Assembly (NCBI GenBank): GCA_963667785.2
Contig: CAXXMU010000006.1
Span: 576,001 to 640,000 of the forward strand
Direction: 5' to 3'
Length of the DNA: 64,000 nt
Source of the DNA: Alphaproteobacteria bacterium
GTDB lineage: Bacteria; Pseudomonadota; Alphaproteobacteria; UBA828
The translations under genes and the position numbers were made by a program. A model generated the notes under the pieces. It saw nothing but the letters and a program-made list of their open reading frames with translations. It was not told where the DNA came from and ran no database searches. Below, piece after piece: positions 17,215-26,626 of the stretch. Numbering within the stretch: the first letter of the stretch is position 1; each line of letters starts with the position of its first letter.

Positions 17215-18621
17215 CTATTCCTTGGCGTAGGTGCGCTCGATCTTCTCGAACGCCGTTTCCTGGTGCGCGTGGTAGGGATAGGCATCGCCGAGTTGATGCG
17301 TATCCAGACCCGCGAGCTCGACCTCGCGCGGCACCCGCAGCATCTTGAAGTACTGCAGGATCCGGGCCAGGACGTAGCAGGGCAGGAAGCCCAGCACCCA
17401 GAACATGATGATGGCCCCCAGTATCTGGCCGACCGGGTTGATCTGCGGCAGGCCCTCCGGGGTTTCGAACAGCGCGATCGACGCCTCGCGTGCCTCGTAG
17501 CTGCCGAACATCGGGCTCGCGGCCGGATAGCCCCAGAGCACGAAGCCGCAGACGACCACGCCGAAGAAGCCGGCATAGCCGTGCACGGCGACCGCGCCGA
17601 CGGCGTCGTCGATCTTGAACCGGCGCTCGACCCAGCGATGCACGTAGATCATCACCACCACGCCAGCCGCTCCGATGAAGAGCGCCTGCAGCGGGTGATA
17701 GAGGTCGTTGCCGGCAGAGGCCGCGATGATGCCGCCGAGGCCACCGGAGTAGGTCCAGAACGGATTGCCCCGGCTGACGATGTAGGCCGCCATCAGCCCT
17801 CCCGAGAAGGACATCAGGAAGTTGAAGACGATGGCGGACAGCGTCGTCGGCATCAGATAGATGTTCGTGGCCGAGAAGAAGGTCCCTGCCTCGCCGCCGA
17901 TGTCGATGATCGGCACGTTGCAGGCCGCGTAGAAGCCCCAGAACCCGGTGAAGATCAGGAACAGACCGATCGTCACCAGCCAGGGGTTGTGCGGCTTGAT
18001 GTCGTTGACCTCTCCGTTCGGCCCGAACTTGCCGATGCGCGGCCCGAGCACGCACAGGATTGCGAGCGCCGAGCCGCCGGCGATGGCGTGTACCACGCCG
18101 GACGCATAGGCATCGTGGTAGCCGAGGATCTGCACCATCCAGCCGCCCGGGTGCCAGCCCCAGGCCGCGTCGAGGATCCAGGTGAAGGACCCGATCAGCA
18201 CCGCGAAGATGAGGAAGGCGCTGGTCTTGATGCGTTCGATCACCGCGCCCGAGACAATCGAGGCGGTGGTCCACGAGAAGAGCAGGAACGCGGCCCAGAA
18301 GACGCCGTTGATGCGATCCTGCATGTTCGTCCCCATGGCCTCGTTCCATGGTTCGGCCCACGGCGCGTCCGTGAAGCCGCCCGAGGCGAACGGGACATTG
18401 GGGAAGGAGAAGTACACGTACCAGCCGAAGAAGAAGAACGTGACGGTGACCAGCGGGATCAGCATCGTGTTCTTCATCAGGGTGTGAAGAACGTTCTTGC
18501 GCCGGGAGGCCCCCACCTCGTAGGTGCAGAACCCGGCGTGAATCAGGAACATCATCACCACCGTGATCCAGTAGTAGGATTCGGTGAAAATGACTGTCAA
18601 GGCGTCGACAGGATCACCCAT
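17215..18621 (-). CDS. Amt/Mep-family transporter, divergent subtype
   Basis: SGAVIER, DAYASGVVH, GPRIGKF and DDAVGAVAVHG (twin His retained); start at ATG 18621. Confidence 0.92.
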   Translation of the reverse strand: MGDPVDALTVIFTESYYWITVVMMFLIHAGFCTYEVGASRRKNVLHTLMKNTMLIPLVTVTFFFFGWYVYFSFPNVPFASGGFTDAPWAEPWNEAMGTNMQDRINGVFWAAFLLFSWTTASIVSGAVIERIKTSAFLIFAVLIGSFTWILDAAWGWHPGGWMVQILGYHDAYASGVVHAIAGGSALAILCVLGPRIGKFGPNGEVNDIKPHNPWLVTIGLFLIFTGFWGFYAACNVPIIDIGGEAGTFFSATNIYLMPTTLSAIVFNFLMSFSGGLMAAYIVSRGNPFWTYSGGLGGIIAASAGNDLYHPLQALFIGAAGVVVMIYVHRWVERRFKIDDAVGAVAVHGYAGFFGVVVCGFVLWGYPAASPMFGSYEAREASIALFETPEGLPQINPVGQILGAIIMFWVLGFLPCYVLARILQYFKMLRVPREVELAGLDTHQLGDAYPYHAHQETAFEKIERTYAKE

Positions 18622-18943
18622 AGCGCCCCCCATACCTTGCGATGCCGCCCGCCGCATTGATCTTATTGTCGCAAGGGCGGCCCCAGTCGCGGACGCTAAA
18701 TCTTGAGCGCGCCGGTGCGGTATGTCCAGCACGGCCTGAGCCGGGCTGGGGATAACTCGAATTAATGGTGAAGTTACAATGGGATAGGGACTTCCGGGCA
18801 AACCACGGCACTGGAAGCCCGGATTCTGCTCGTTCACATTTCCGTCATATCGCCGAGTCGCCGGGCCGCCCCGAAAACCGGCCCCGGGGCACGCGGAGCG
18901 GCGGCGGCCGCGCCGCGCGCCCGCCAATATGAGGCGCGCGCGG

Positions 18944-19798
18944 CTACCCCGCGGCGGTCATGACGAAGTCATGATCGAGGCGCAGCCCGTCCGCCGTCGA
19001 TTCGTAGTGGACGACCAGCGACTCCTTGACGCCGAAGACGGCGTCGGTGCCGAGATAGGGGTCGTCGTCGGTGAAGAGCTGCGTCACCAGGGTCTCGTAG
19101 CCCGCCGCCGAGAGCTTGAAGTGGATATGGGCGGGTCGCCAATTGTGACGGCCGGCGGCGTCCAGCATCGCGCCCACCGGGCCGTCGCCGGGGATGGTGT
19201 AGCTCACCGGCTTGCGCGTGTGGAACCAGTAGCGCCCGTCCGCCTCGGTTCTGACACGGCCGCACAGGTTGAACGACCCGGCCGGATCCTGGGCGGCATA
19301 GACGGCATCGGGCGCGGTCTGCCAGATGTCGAGCTCGGCACCCTCGATCGGCCTGCCGTCGATATCGGTCACCCTGCCCGAGACGAGCACGCGCTCGCCG
19401 CCGGTGCCGCCCTCCGCAAGGTCCGCGCCGTTGTCGTAGACAGGCGCGCCCTCCTGATAGAACGGCCCGAGCACGCTGCTCTCGGTCGCGCCGGCGGGTT
19501 TCCGGTTGTTGATCGCATCGATCAGCATCGTGGCGCCCAGCGTGTCCGAGAGCAGGATGAACTCCTGCCGCCGCTCGTCGCATTTCTGACCGGTCTCGGT
19601 GAGGAAGCGAATGGCGGCCAGCCATTCCGCTTCGGTCGGCTCGACCTCGCGGATGAAGCCGTGCAGGTGCCGGGTGAGGCTGAGCAGGATGTCCCGCGTC
19701 CGCCCCTCGGCGCTCTCCTCGACGCGCCCGATTGCGGCCTGCGTGATCTCGTCTTCGGCGCTTGCCGCCCGTGTCTCGGCGCGTGCCGTCTCGGCCAT
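18944..19798 (-). CDS. Intradiol ring-cleavage dioxygenase (hydroxyquinol/catechol 1,2-dioxygenase family)
   Basis: RQEFILLSDTLG, TESSVLGPFY, SYTIPGDGPVG and WRPAHIHF; both Tyr and both His Fe ligands present. Confidence 0.93.
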   Translation of the reverse strand: MAETARAETRAASAEDEITQAAIGRVEESAEGRTRDILLSLTRHLHGFIREVEPTEAEWLAAIRFLTETGQKCDERRQEFILLSDTLGATMLIDAINNRKPAGATESSVLGPFYQEGAPVYDNGADLAEGGTGGERVLVSGRVTDIDGRPIEGAELDIWQTAPDAVYAAQDPAGSFNLCGRVRTEADGRYWFHTRKPVSYTIPGDGPVGAMLDAAGRHNWRPAHIHFKLSAAGYETLVTQLFTDDDPYLGTDAVFGVKESLVVHYESTADGLRLDHDFVMTAAG

Positions 19799-19898
19799 GG
19801 CGGATCACTCCCTCGTCGTGCGCCCGCTCCGTGCGGGCCGCCGATGCCGGCGGCGGGCGCCCGCCGCGGGCCGGAGTGCCGCCGCGCCAGCGGGCTTG

Positions 19899-21008
19899 CT
19901 AGTTTCCGACCCGGCGTCCCGAGACGGGGTCGAAGAACAGCAGGGTCTCCGTATCGAGGTGCACCTCGACACGGTCGCCGTCGTCGAACTCCTGCACGCC
20001 GGCCACTGTGAGCGCCAGATTGATCCCCGAGAGATCGATGCCGACGGTGGTATGCATGCCGAGCGGCTCAAGGTCGTTGACGACGCCGGTGCGGTGCGTC
20101 TCTTCCGAGGTCGAGGCCACGATCCTGACATGCTCGGGGCGGAGCCCCACCTCGACCTCGCTCATGTGCGCCGGCAGCCCGTGCTCCATGCGCTCAGGCA
20201 AGGGCAGGTTCATCGAGCCGATGGTGAGCACGGCCTGGCCGTTCTCGCGCGCGAGACGACCGGCGACGATGTTGATCTTGGGATTGCCGACGAAGCGGGC
20301 CACGTCGCGATCCGCCGGCTCGTCGTAGAGCTCCTGCGCCTTGGCAATCTGCCGCACCTCGCCCTCCAGCAGAACGCAGACGGTGTCCGCGAGCGCGAGC
20401 GCCTCGGTGTAATCCGGGGTCGCGAAGACGAAGGTGCGGCCGAGGTCGCGTTGCAGGCGCTTCAGCTCGGTCCTGAGCTCGATGCGGAGCATGAAGTCGA
20501 GGCTCGAGAGCGGCTCGTCGAGGAGGTAGAAGCGCGGCTCCCGCACCATGGCGCGGCCGAGGGCGACGCGCTGCCGCTCGCCGCCGCTGAAGGTCGCGGG
20601 CAGACGGTCCAGGATGTGCCCGATCTTGAGCAGCCCCGCAATTTCGTCGACCCGCTTGGCGATGTCGGCCCTCGGCATCCTGGCGAGCCGGAGCGGCGAG
20701 GCGACGTTCTCGTACCCCGTCTTGTTGGGGTAGAGCGCAAGATTGTCGAAGATCATCGCGATGTCGCGGCGGTTGGGCTGCAGCTTGGTGAAGTTCTGGC
20801 CCTCGACCCAGACCTCGCCCGAGGTCGGCGCCTCGAGCCCGGCGATGATCCTCAGCGTGGTCGTCTTGCCCGCCCCGGCGGGGCCGAGCAGCACGATCAG
20901 CGAGCCGCGCGGGACGTCCAGGCTCAACTCCTTCAGCGCCTGGACAGAGCCGAAGTTCTTCGAGACGGAGCGGAGCTCCAGGAGGGGGTCGGCCATGGTC
21001 CGGCTCAC
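19899..21008 (-). CDS. CUT1 ABC transporter ATP-binding subunit
   Basis: GPAGAGKTT, FSGGERQR and LLDEPLS motifs; C-terminal TOBE-like region. Confidence 0.93.
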   Translation of the reverse strand: MSRTMADPLLELRSVSKNFGSVQALKELSLDVPRGSLIVLLGPAGAGKTTTLRIIAGLEAPTSGEVWVEGQNFTKLQPNRRDIAMIFDNLALYPNKTGYENVASPLRLARMPRADIAKRVDEIAGLLKIGHILDRLPATFSGGERQRVALGRAMVREPRFYLLDEPLSSLDFMLRIELRTELKRLQRDLGRTFVFATPDYTEALALADTVCVLLEGEVRQIAKAQELYDEPADRDVARFVGNPKINIVAGRLARENGQAVLTIGSMNLPLPERMEHGLPAHMSEVEVGLRPEHVRIVASTSEETHRTGVVNDLEPLGMHTTVGIDLSGINLALTVAGVQEFDDGDRVEVHLDTETLLFFDPVSGRRVGN

Positions 21009-22096
21009 GCCTTAAGTCGGACGCCCGAGGCGGCGTCGAACAGGGCAAGCAATTCCGCATCGGGCCGGATGGTGATCTCGCCGCCCTCCTGCGCCTGCGT
21101 GCCGGTTTCCACGATCAGCTTCATGTTGGTCTCGCCGATCCGTGCCGTGAGCACGGTCTCGGGGCCCTGCGGCTCGACCGCGATGACCGAGGCGGTGAAG
21201 GCGGCCGGATCGCCCGCCTCGGCTACGACCATGGTCTCGGGCCGCATGCCGACGATCACCTCGGCGCCATCGCTGAGCCCGGCCGCGCTCGCCTCCGGCA
21301 CGGGGATGGCCGAGCCGTTCTGGGCCACGACCGGACGGCCGCCGTCGCGACCGAACTTGCCCTGCACGAAGTTCATCGGCGGGTTGCCGAGGAAGCTGCC
21401 GACGAAGGTGTTGTCCGGATAGTGATAGACGTTGTGCGCGGTGTCGTACTGCTTGAGCTGGCCGAAGTCCATGACCGCGATCCGGTGCGCCAGCGAGAGC
21501 GCCTCGATCTGGTCGTGGGTCACGTAGATGATGGTCTGGCCGGTCTCGGCCTGGATGCGCCGGAGCTCGCGGCGCATCTGGTTGCGCATCTCCGCTTCGA
21601 GATTGCTGAGCGGCTCGTCGAGCAGCAGGATCTCGGGATTGGTCACCAGCGTCCGCCCGATCGCAACCCGCTGCAACTCGGATGCGCCGAGCTCGAGCGG
21701 CCTGCTCTCGAGCTGATGTTCTAGATGGAGAAAGGCAGAGACCTTCGCGACCTCCCGGTCGATTTCCGCACGGTCCATGCCGCGCACGCGGAGCCCGTAC
21801 TCCAGGTTGCGCCGGACGTTCATGTGGGTGAAGACGGCATAGTCCTGGAACACCAGACCGACGTTGCGCTGGCCGGGAGGCACGTCCAGCACGGATTGCC
21901 CGTCGATCAGGATGTCGCCGGACGTGGGCTGCTCCAGGCCCACGATCATGTTCAGCGTGGTCGACTTGCCGCAGCCGGACGGCCCCAGCAGCGCCATGGT
22001 CTCGCCTTCCTCGCAGGCGAGAGACATGTCGTCGACGGCGATGAGTTCGCCGAATTCCTTGCGGAGCTCGACCAGCTCCAGCTTGATGTTTGCCAT
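21005..22096 (-). CDS. CUT1 ABC transporter ATP-binding subunit with degenerate signature
   Basis: GPSGCGKST and LLLDEPLSNL motifs; signature reads LGASELQR. Confidence 0.93.
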   Translation of the reverse strand: MANIKLELVELRKEFGELIAVDDMSLACEEGETMALLGPSGCGKSTTLNMIVGLEQPTSGDILIDGQSVLDVPPGQRNVGLVFQDYAVFTHMNVRRNLEYGLRVRGMDRAEIDREVAKVSAFLHLEHQLESRPLELGASELQRVAIGRTLVTNPEILLLDEPLSNLEAEMRNQMRRELRRIQAETGQTIIYVTHDQIEALSLAHRIAVMDFGQLKQYDTAHNVYHYPDNTFVGSFLGNPPMNFVQGKFGRDGGRPVVAQNGSAIPVPEASAAGLSDGAEVIVGMRPETMVVAEAGDPAAFTASVIAVEPQGPETVLTARIGETNMKLIVETGTQAQEGGEITIRPDAELLALFDAASGVRLKA

Positions 22097-22103
22097 CGCG
22101 CTT

Positions 22104-23051
22104 CTAACGCTTGATCGCGCCGAGGGTGAGGCCGCGCACCAGGTGCCGCTGGATGAAGAAGCCGACGATCACCAGCGGAACGATGGAGACGCAGGCGAGC
22201 GCCGCCTGAATGCCGTACTGCTGGCCCGAGGTGGCGCTGAAGTACTTCGACAGCTTGACCGGAATGGTCTCGACGTTGGTGTAGGTCAGCACCAGCGCGA
22301 ACAGGAACTCGCTCCAGTTGAGGATGAAGATGAAGAGCGCGGTCGCGATCAGCCCGCCCTTGATGAGCGGCACGGTGACCCTGAGGTGCGCCCCCCATCG
22401 CGACATCCCGTCCATCATCGCCGCCTCCTCGATCTCCTGAGGCAACTCGTCGATGAAGCTCTTCAACATCCAGGTGGAGAACGGAACGGTGACCGCCGCG
22501 TAGGCCAGGATCAGGCCCCAGTAGGTGTCGCTCGCCTCGATCCCCGGCGCGCTGAACATCACGACGAACGGGATGGCGATCGCAATGGGCGGGAACATTC
22601 GCCCCGATAATATGAAGAAGGGTGTGACGTTGCCGCCGAATCGGTATCGCGCGATGGCGACTGCGGCCATGAAGCCGACCACAATGGACAGTATGGTCGA
22701 GAACACCGAGACGATGACCGAGCCCCAGATGGACTGCCACGCCGACTTGGTCAGGAAGTCGGCGACCGCGCCGCTCACCGCGTCGGATTGGGTCGCACGC
22801 TGCTCTGTGACCTCGCCTTCCTCCGTGTACTGGCCGAGACCGCCACGCTTCTCCAGCAGGACGGACGGCCAGAGAATCACGAGATAGTTGGTGACGGTGC
22901 CGTTCTCCGAGACCCAGACCGGCGGCGTGGTGACCCACTCGTTGGACGGCTTGAAGGAGGTGGAGACCATCCAGAACAGCGGGAACACCGCGAAGAGGAG
23001 CCCGAAGGCGAGCCCCACCGCGCTGCCGGGACCGAACTTCCGCCCGTTCAT
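22104..23051 (-). CDS. Carbohydrate-type ABC permease (MalG-like)
   Basis: EAA loop LPQEIEEAAMMDG; FIFILNWSEFLFAL. Confidence 0.93.
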   Translation of the reverse strand: MNGRKFGPGSAVGLAFGLLFAVFPLFWMVSTSFKPSNEWVTTPPVWVSENGTVTNYLVILWPSVLLEKRGGLGQYTEEGEVTEQRATQSDAVSGAVADFLTKSAWQSIWGSVIVSVFSTILSIVVGFMAAVAIARYRFGGNVTPFFILSGRMFPPIAIAIPFVVMFSAPGIEASDTYWGLILAYAAVTVPFSTWMLKSFIDELPQEIEEAAMMDGMSRWGAHLRVTVPLIKGGLIATALFIFILNWSEFLFALVLTYTNVETIPVKLSKYFSATSGQQYGIQAALACVSIVPLVIVGFFIQRHLVRGLTLGAIKR

Positions 23052-24038
23052 TTAGCGCTTCTCCAGCAACTGGTAGCGGATCGGCCGCAGCATCATGTTG
23101 ATCATCACCACCGTGATGACCAGCACGATGAAGCCCGCGGACCCCGCATAGGCCAGACGGAAGTCCTGGAAACCGAGCTTGTAGAGGTAGAGGCTCATGG
23201 TCTCGGTCGCCGTGCCGGGCCCGCCGCGCGTGAGGATGTAGATCTCGTCGAAGAGCTTGATGACCTCCATCCCGCGGATCACGAAGGCGATGATGATGAC
23301 GCCCCGCATGTTGGGCATGATGACGGTCCAGAAGATCCGCCAGTTGCTGGCGCCGAGCACCGTCGCCGCCCGCACCGGGTTCTCCGGCACCGCATTCAGC
23401 CCCGAGAGGAGGATCAGGAAGAAGAGCGGCGTCCAGTGCCAGACCTCGGTGATGACCACGGCGAAGAAGGCCAGCACGCCGTTGTTGAGCCACTGCAGGT
23501 CGGCTCCGGTGGCGCTGCCGCTGAACCAGCCGAGCACCTGATTGATCGGCCCGGTGTACTGGAACAGCATGAACCAGGTGTAGCCGACGACGACCGGCAT
23601 GATCATCATCGGGGTCAGCAGCGCAGTGAACCAGATGCGCTTGCCCCAGAACGTCTTCAGGAAGATCGTCGCGAGCCCGAGCCCGATGACGAACTCGAGG
23701 CAGAGGCTGAGCACCGATATGGCGAGCGTGCGGCCCAGCGCCTCGAGGAAGCGCGGCTCGTCCGTCACCAGGTAATAGTAATTAAGGCCAAGTTCCGTAT
23801 CGCCGGAGAATACCGTCCCCACGGCCTCCCAGATGGATGTTCCGTAGGTCGGCTGCCATTCGGTCAGCGCGACGAAGAACTCCAGGCCGAAGGGGAAGAT
23901 CAACATCATGATGAGAAGAAGCTGAACGGGCGTGATGAAGAGCGCGCCGATGTAGCGCTTGTCGTTGGGCTCGAAGAAGCGTGCCCGCATCTGCATGGCA
24001 GGTGCGGGCACGCCCCCGTTCGCGGTCTTCGTAACCAC
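23052..24038 (-). CDS. Carbohydrate-type ABC permease (MalF-like)
   Basis: EVWHWTPLFFLILLSGL, AATVLGAS and LTRGGPGTATET motifs. Confidence 0.93.
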   Translation of the reverse strand: MVTKTANGGVPAPAMQMRARFFEPNDKRYIGALFITPVQLLLIMMLIFPFGLEFFVALTEWQPTYGTSIWEAVGTVFSGDTELGLNYYYLVTDEPRFLEALGRTLAISVLSLCLEFVIGLGLATIFLKTFWGKRIWFTALLTPMMIMPVVVGYTWFMLFQYTGPINQVLGWFSGSATGADLQWLNNGVLAFFAVVITEVWHWTPLFFLILLSGLNAVPENPVRAATVLGASNWRIFWTVIMPNMRGVIIIAFVIRGMEVIKLFDEIYILTRGGPGTATETMSLYLYKLGFQDFRLAYAGSAGFIVLVITVVMINMMLRPIRYQLLEKR

Positions 24039-24073
24039 GGTACTGGTAGTCCGGTTGTGCAGCTACCGCCGGA

Positions 24074-25693
24074 CTACAGGGTCCAGTTCTCGACGCCCAC
24101 GAGCTTCTGCAGCGGCTCCGGATACATCCTGGCGAGGCCGTGCCAGCTCTCCTTCTGCTCGGCCTTGCCCAGGCGCCGCGTGATGCGGTCCTGCTCCTTG
24201 GCCGCGTCCTCCATCGCCTCTTCCGGCGACTTGTTGCCGTTGTAGGCGGCGGTCAGGTTGACGTCGAGCGCGTTGAGGTACTCGGCGGCGCCGCGCAGCT
24301 GAATCTCCGGCACGGCGTCGACGATCGCCTCGGCGTGGGTCGCCAGGAAATCGCCCGGATAGGACGCGAAGAACTCCGCCGACGGGGCGAAGAAGTGGTT
24401 GTCCCGCCACGGGTCGAAGTAGCCGCCCTCGTTCGGAATCGAGCGCATCGACATGGTCGGCCCCGTGATCCACTGCGAGAAGCAGTAAGCGGCTTCCTGG
24501 ATCGGCGAGTAGTTGCTCACCACGAAGTCCCAGGCGAAGGCGTGGATGCACGAACGGATGAGCTCGCCGTTGTGCATGGTGCCCGGCACCTTGGAGACGG
24601 CAGTCTGGTTGGGCTCGCCATTCTCGTCCTTGCCGGCGATGACCGACTGCGAGCCCGCAGCGTCGTTGCTGTAGCGCCAGAGCGACGGCCAGCCGAACTC
24701 GCAGAAGCCACGGCCCTGCGCGTAGTACTGCGCGTAGTTCTCGGTGAAGCCGTAGGTGAACTGCTCGGCCGGCATGTAGTCCTGCAGCGCGATCAACTCC
24801 TTCAACGTCTCGACGCTCTCCGGCGTGCCCGCCAGCGAGTTCATATCCTCGTCGAAGTAGAAGTGACCCTTCGACTGCACCCGCGTCATCCAGTGGAACT
24901 TGTTCCAGAACGGCGAGCGATACTCGAGGGCGCCGTAGAAGTTGTTGTCCGGATCGTGCATCGTGGCGCACAGTTCGTCGTACTCGGTCCAGGTATGGAC
25001 CATCTCGCGCTTCGACTTCCGCGCCAGACCCTTCTCTGCGAGCTTGTCCATGCGGTAGCTGAGGTGCCACCAGTCGCCGTCACAGTAGAGCCCGTAGGTC
25101 TTGCCCTTGTACTTCTGCCCGAAGTCGGACACCGGGAACTGAAGCTGGTTGGGACCCGAGTAGACCTCGGGATCGTACTTGTCCATGAGGTCGTCGAGCG
25201 GCCGCGCCACGCCCGATTCGGCGAGGTCCGCGAGGCTCAGCGGCGCCGGGATCATGATGTCGTAGCGGCCGGTCTTGGCCACCGCTTCCTGCATCGCCTT
25301 CTGGTGGGTCTCGGTGACCGGCACTTCGATCAGCTCGAGATCGAAGCCGGTGAGCCCCTTCCACTCCTCGACGAAGGGCGACAGGTTACCGCCCGAACCG
25401 GACGGATACATGATGCTGATGGTCTTCTTCTCGGCGCTGTCGTAGAGCGCCTTGGCGCCGTTGATGGCCCGCTCTTCCGGCGTCGCGCCTTCGGCGGCCC
25501 AGGCCTGCCTGACACTGAAGGGCGCCTGGTTCATGAGCATCTTGATGGCGCCGGCACCGAGCCCGAGGCCCGCCATGCCCTTGATCAGGTCACGCCGCGA
25601 GATCTTGTAGTTCTTGCGGTCCGCGTGCATCGACCAGAGCCGATACAGCTCCTTCGTAAACTGCTGCTTCTTGTCGGTATGCGACATGCGCAA
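24074..25693 (-). CDS. ABC extracellular solute-binding protein with Tat signal
   Basis: ISRRDLIK twin-arginine motif, AWA cleavage site, SBP family 1-like body; first gene of the ABC operon. Confidence 0.88.
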   Translation of the reverse strand: MRMSHTDKKQQFTKELYRLWSMHADRKNYKISRRDLIKGMAGLGLGAGAIKMLMNQAPFSVRQAWAAEGATPEERAINGAKALYDSAEKKTISIMYPSGSGGNLSPFVEEWKGLTGFDLELIEVPVTETHQKAMQEAVAKTGRYDIMIPAPLSLADLAESGVARPLDDLMDKYDPEVYSGPNQLQFPVSDFGQKYKGKTYGLYCDGDWWHLSYRMDKLAEKGLARKSKREMVHTWTEYDELCATMHDPDNNFYGALEYRSPFWNKFHWMTRVQSKGHFYFDEDMNSLAGTPESVETLKELIALQDYMPAEQFTYGFTENYAQYYAQGRGFCEFGWPSLWRYSNDAAGSQSVIAGKDENGEPNQTAVSKVPGTMHNGELIRSCIHAFAWDFVVSNYSPIQEAAYCFSQWITGPTMSMRSIPNEGGYFDPWRDNHFFAPSAEFFASYPGDFLATHAEAIVDAVPEIQLRGAAEYLNALDVNLTAAYNGNKSPEEAMEDAAKEQDRITRRLGKAEQKESWHGLARMYPEPLQKLVGVENWTL

Positions 25694-25915
25694 CCTCCCT
25701 CTCGCACCGGGCCGCGACAGCCGGGCCGGTTCTCAGTCGTTTGTCCAAGGTTGATACGCCGCGCGGGCGCGGCGCTTCATGACACTCCCTTTGCGGCGCG
25801 CACCATAACCATGGCGCGCCTGTCATGCAAATGGAATTAGAATGGCCTCACCCACCCGCGGCATGGCCGCGGAATCGGGGGCCGAGATGGCACGAAGCGG
25901 AGGCTAGGGCAGGCG

Positions 25916-26488
25916 ATGCGGTGGATCAGGGAATACAGTTTGGAGAAGCCCGCGCTCTGCGACGAGCTGATCAAGGGCTTCAAGCGGACGCGCCGGCTCG
26001 GCCTCACCCGCGCGGGAACGAGCGCCAAGGGTGTCGACAAGGCGTGGAAGGATTCCGAGGACGCGAGCCTCACCTGCTTCCCTTACGAGGTCTATGCCAA
26101 GTCCGTGCGCGCCTATCGCGGCCATGTCATGGCCTGCCTTGGCGACTATCTCAAGGCGTTCCCGGTGCTTGGCGAGGCTTCGGACAAGCTCGGCTTCCTG
26201 GAACCGCCGCAGATGCAGTACTACAAGCCCGGCGGCGCCTTCCACGGCGCCCACTACGAGAGCAGCGGCCTCGACCTCGCCCATCGCGTGCTCGCCTTCC
26301 AGACCTTCCTCAATAACATCGCGGAAGGCGGCGGCACCTACTTCACGTTCCAGGACCACCTCGTCGCCCCGGCCAAGGGCAAGACGGTGATCTGGCCGGC
26401 GGGCTTCACCCACACGCACAAGGGCGAGGTCGCGCCGCGCGAGGAGAAGTACATCATCACCGGCTGGATCAGCTTCATGGGCGTCTAG
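25916..26488 (+). CDS. 2OG-Fe(II) oxygenase (prolyl-4-hydroxylase-like)
   Basis: QYYKPGG..HYE, FLN...GGGTYF, IWPAGFTHTHKG and KYIITGW motifs. Confidence 0.85.
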   Translation: MRWIREYSLEKPALCDELIKGFKRTRRLGLTRAGTSAKGVDKAWKDSEDASLTCFPYEVYAKSVRAYRGHVMACLGDYLKAFPVLGEASDKLGFLEPPQMQYYKPGGAFHGAHYESSGLDLAHRVLAFQTFLNNIAEGGGTYFTFQDHLVAPAKGKTVIWPAGFTHTHKGEVAPREEKYIITGWISFMGV

Positions 26489-26626
26489 CCGCGAATTCCC
26501 GCCGGTCTCACAGTCTGCGCGCCGCCCGCGGCGGCGCGGCAGATTGGCCCTGTGACCCGCTCAACCTTTTCGGGTAAAAGAAGGCCCCCACGTCGCTGCC
26601 CCGCCAACAGGAGGAACCCCTCGCAG

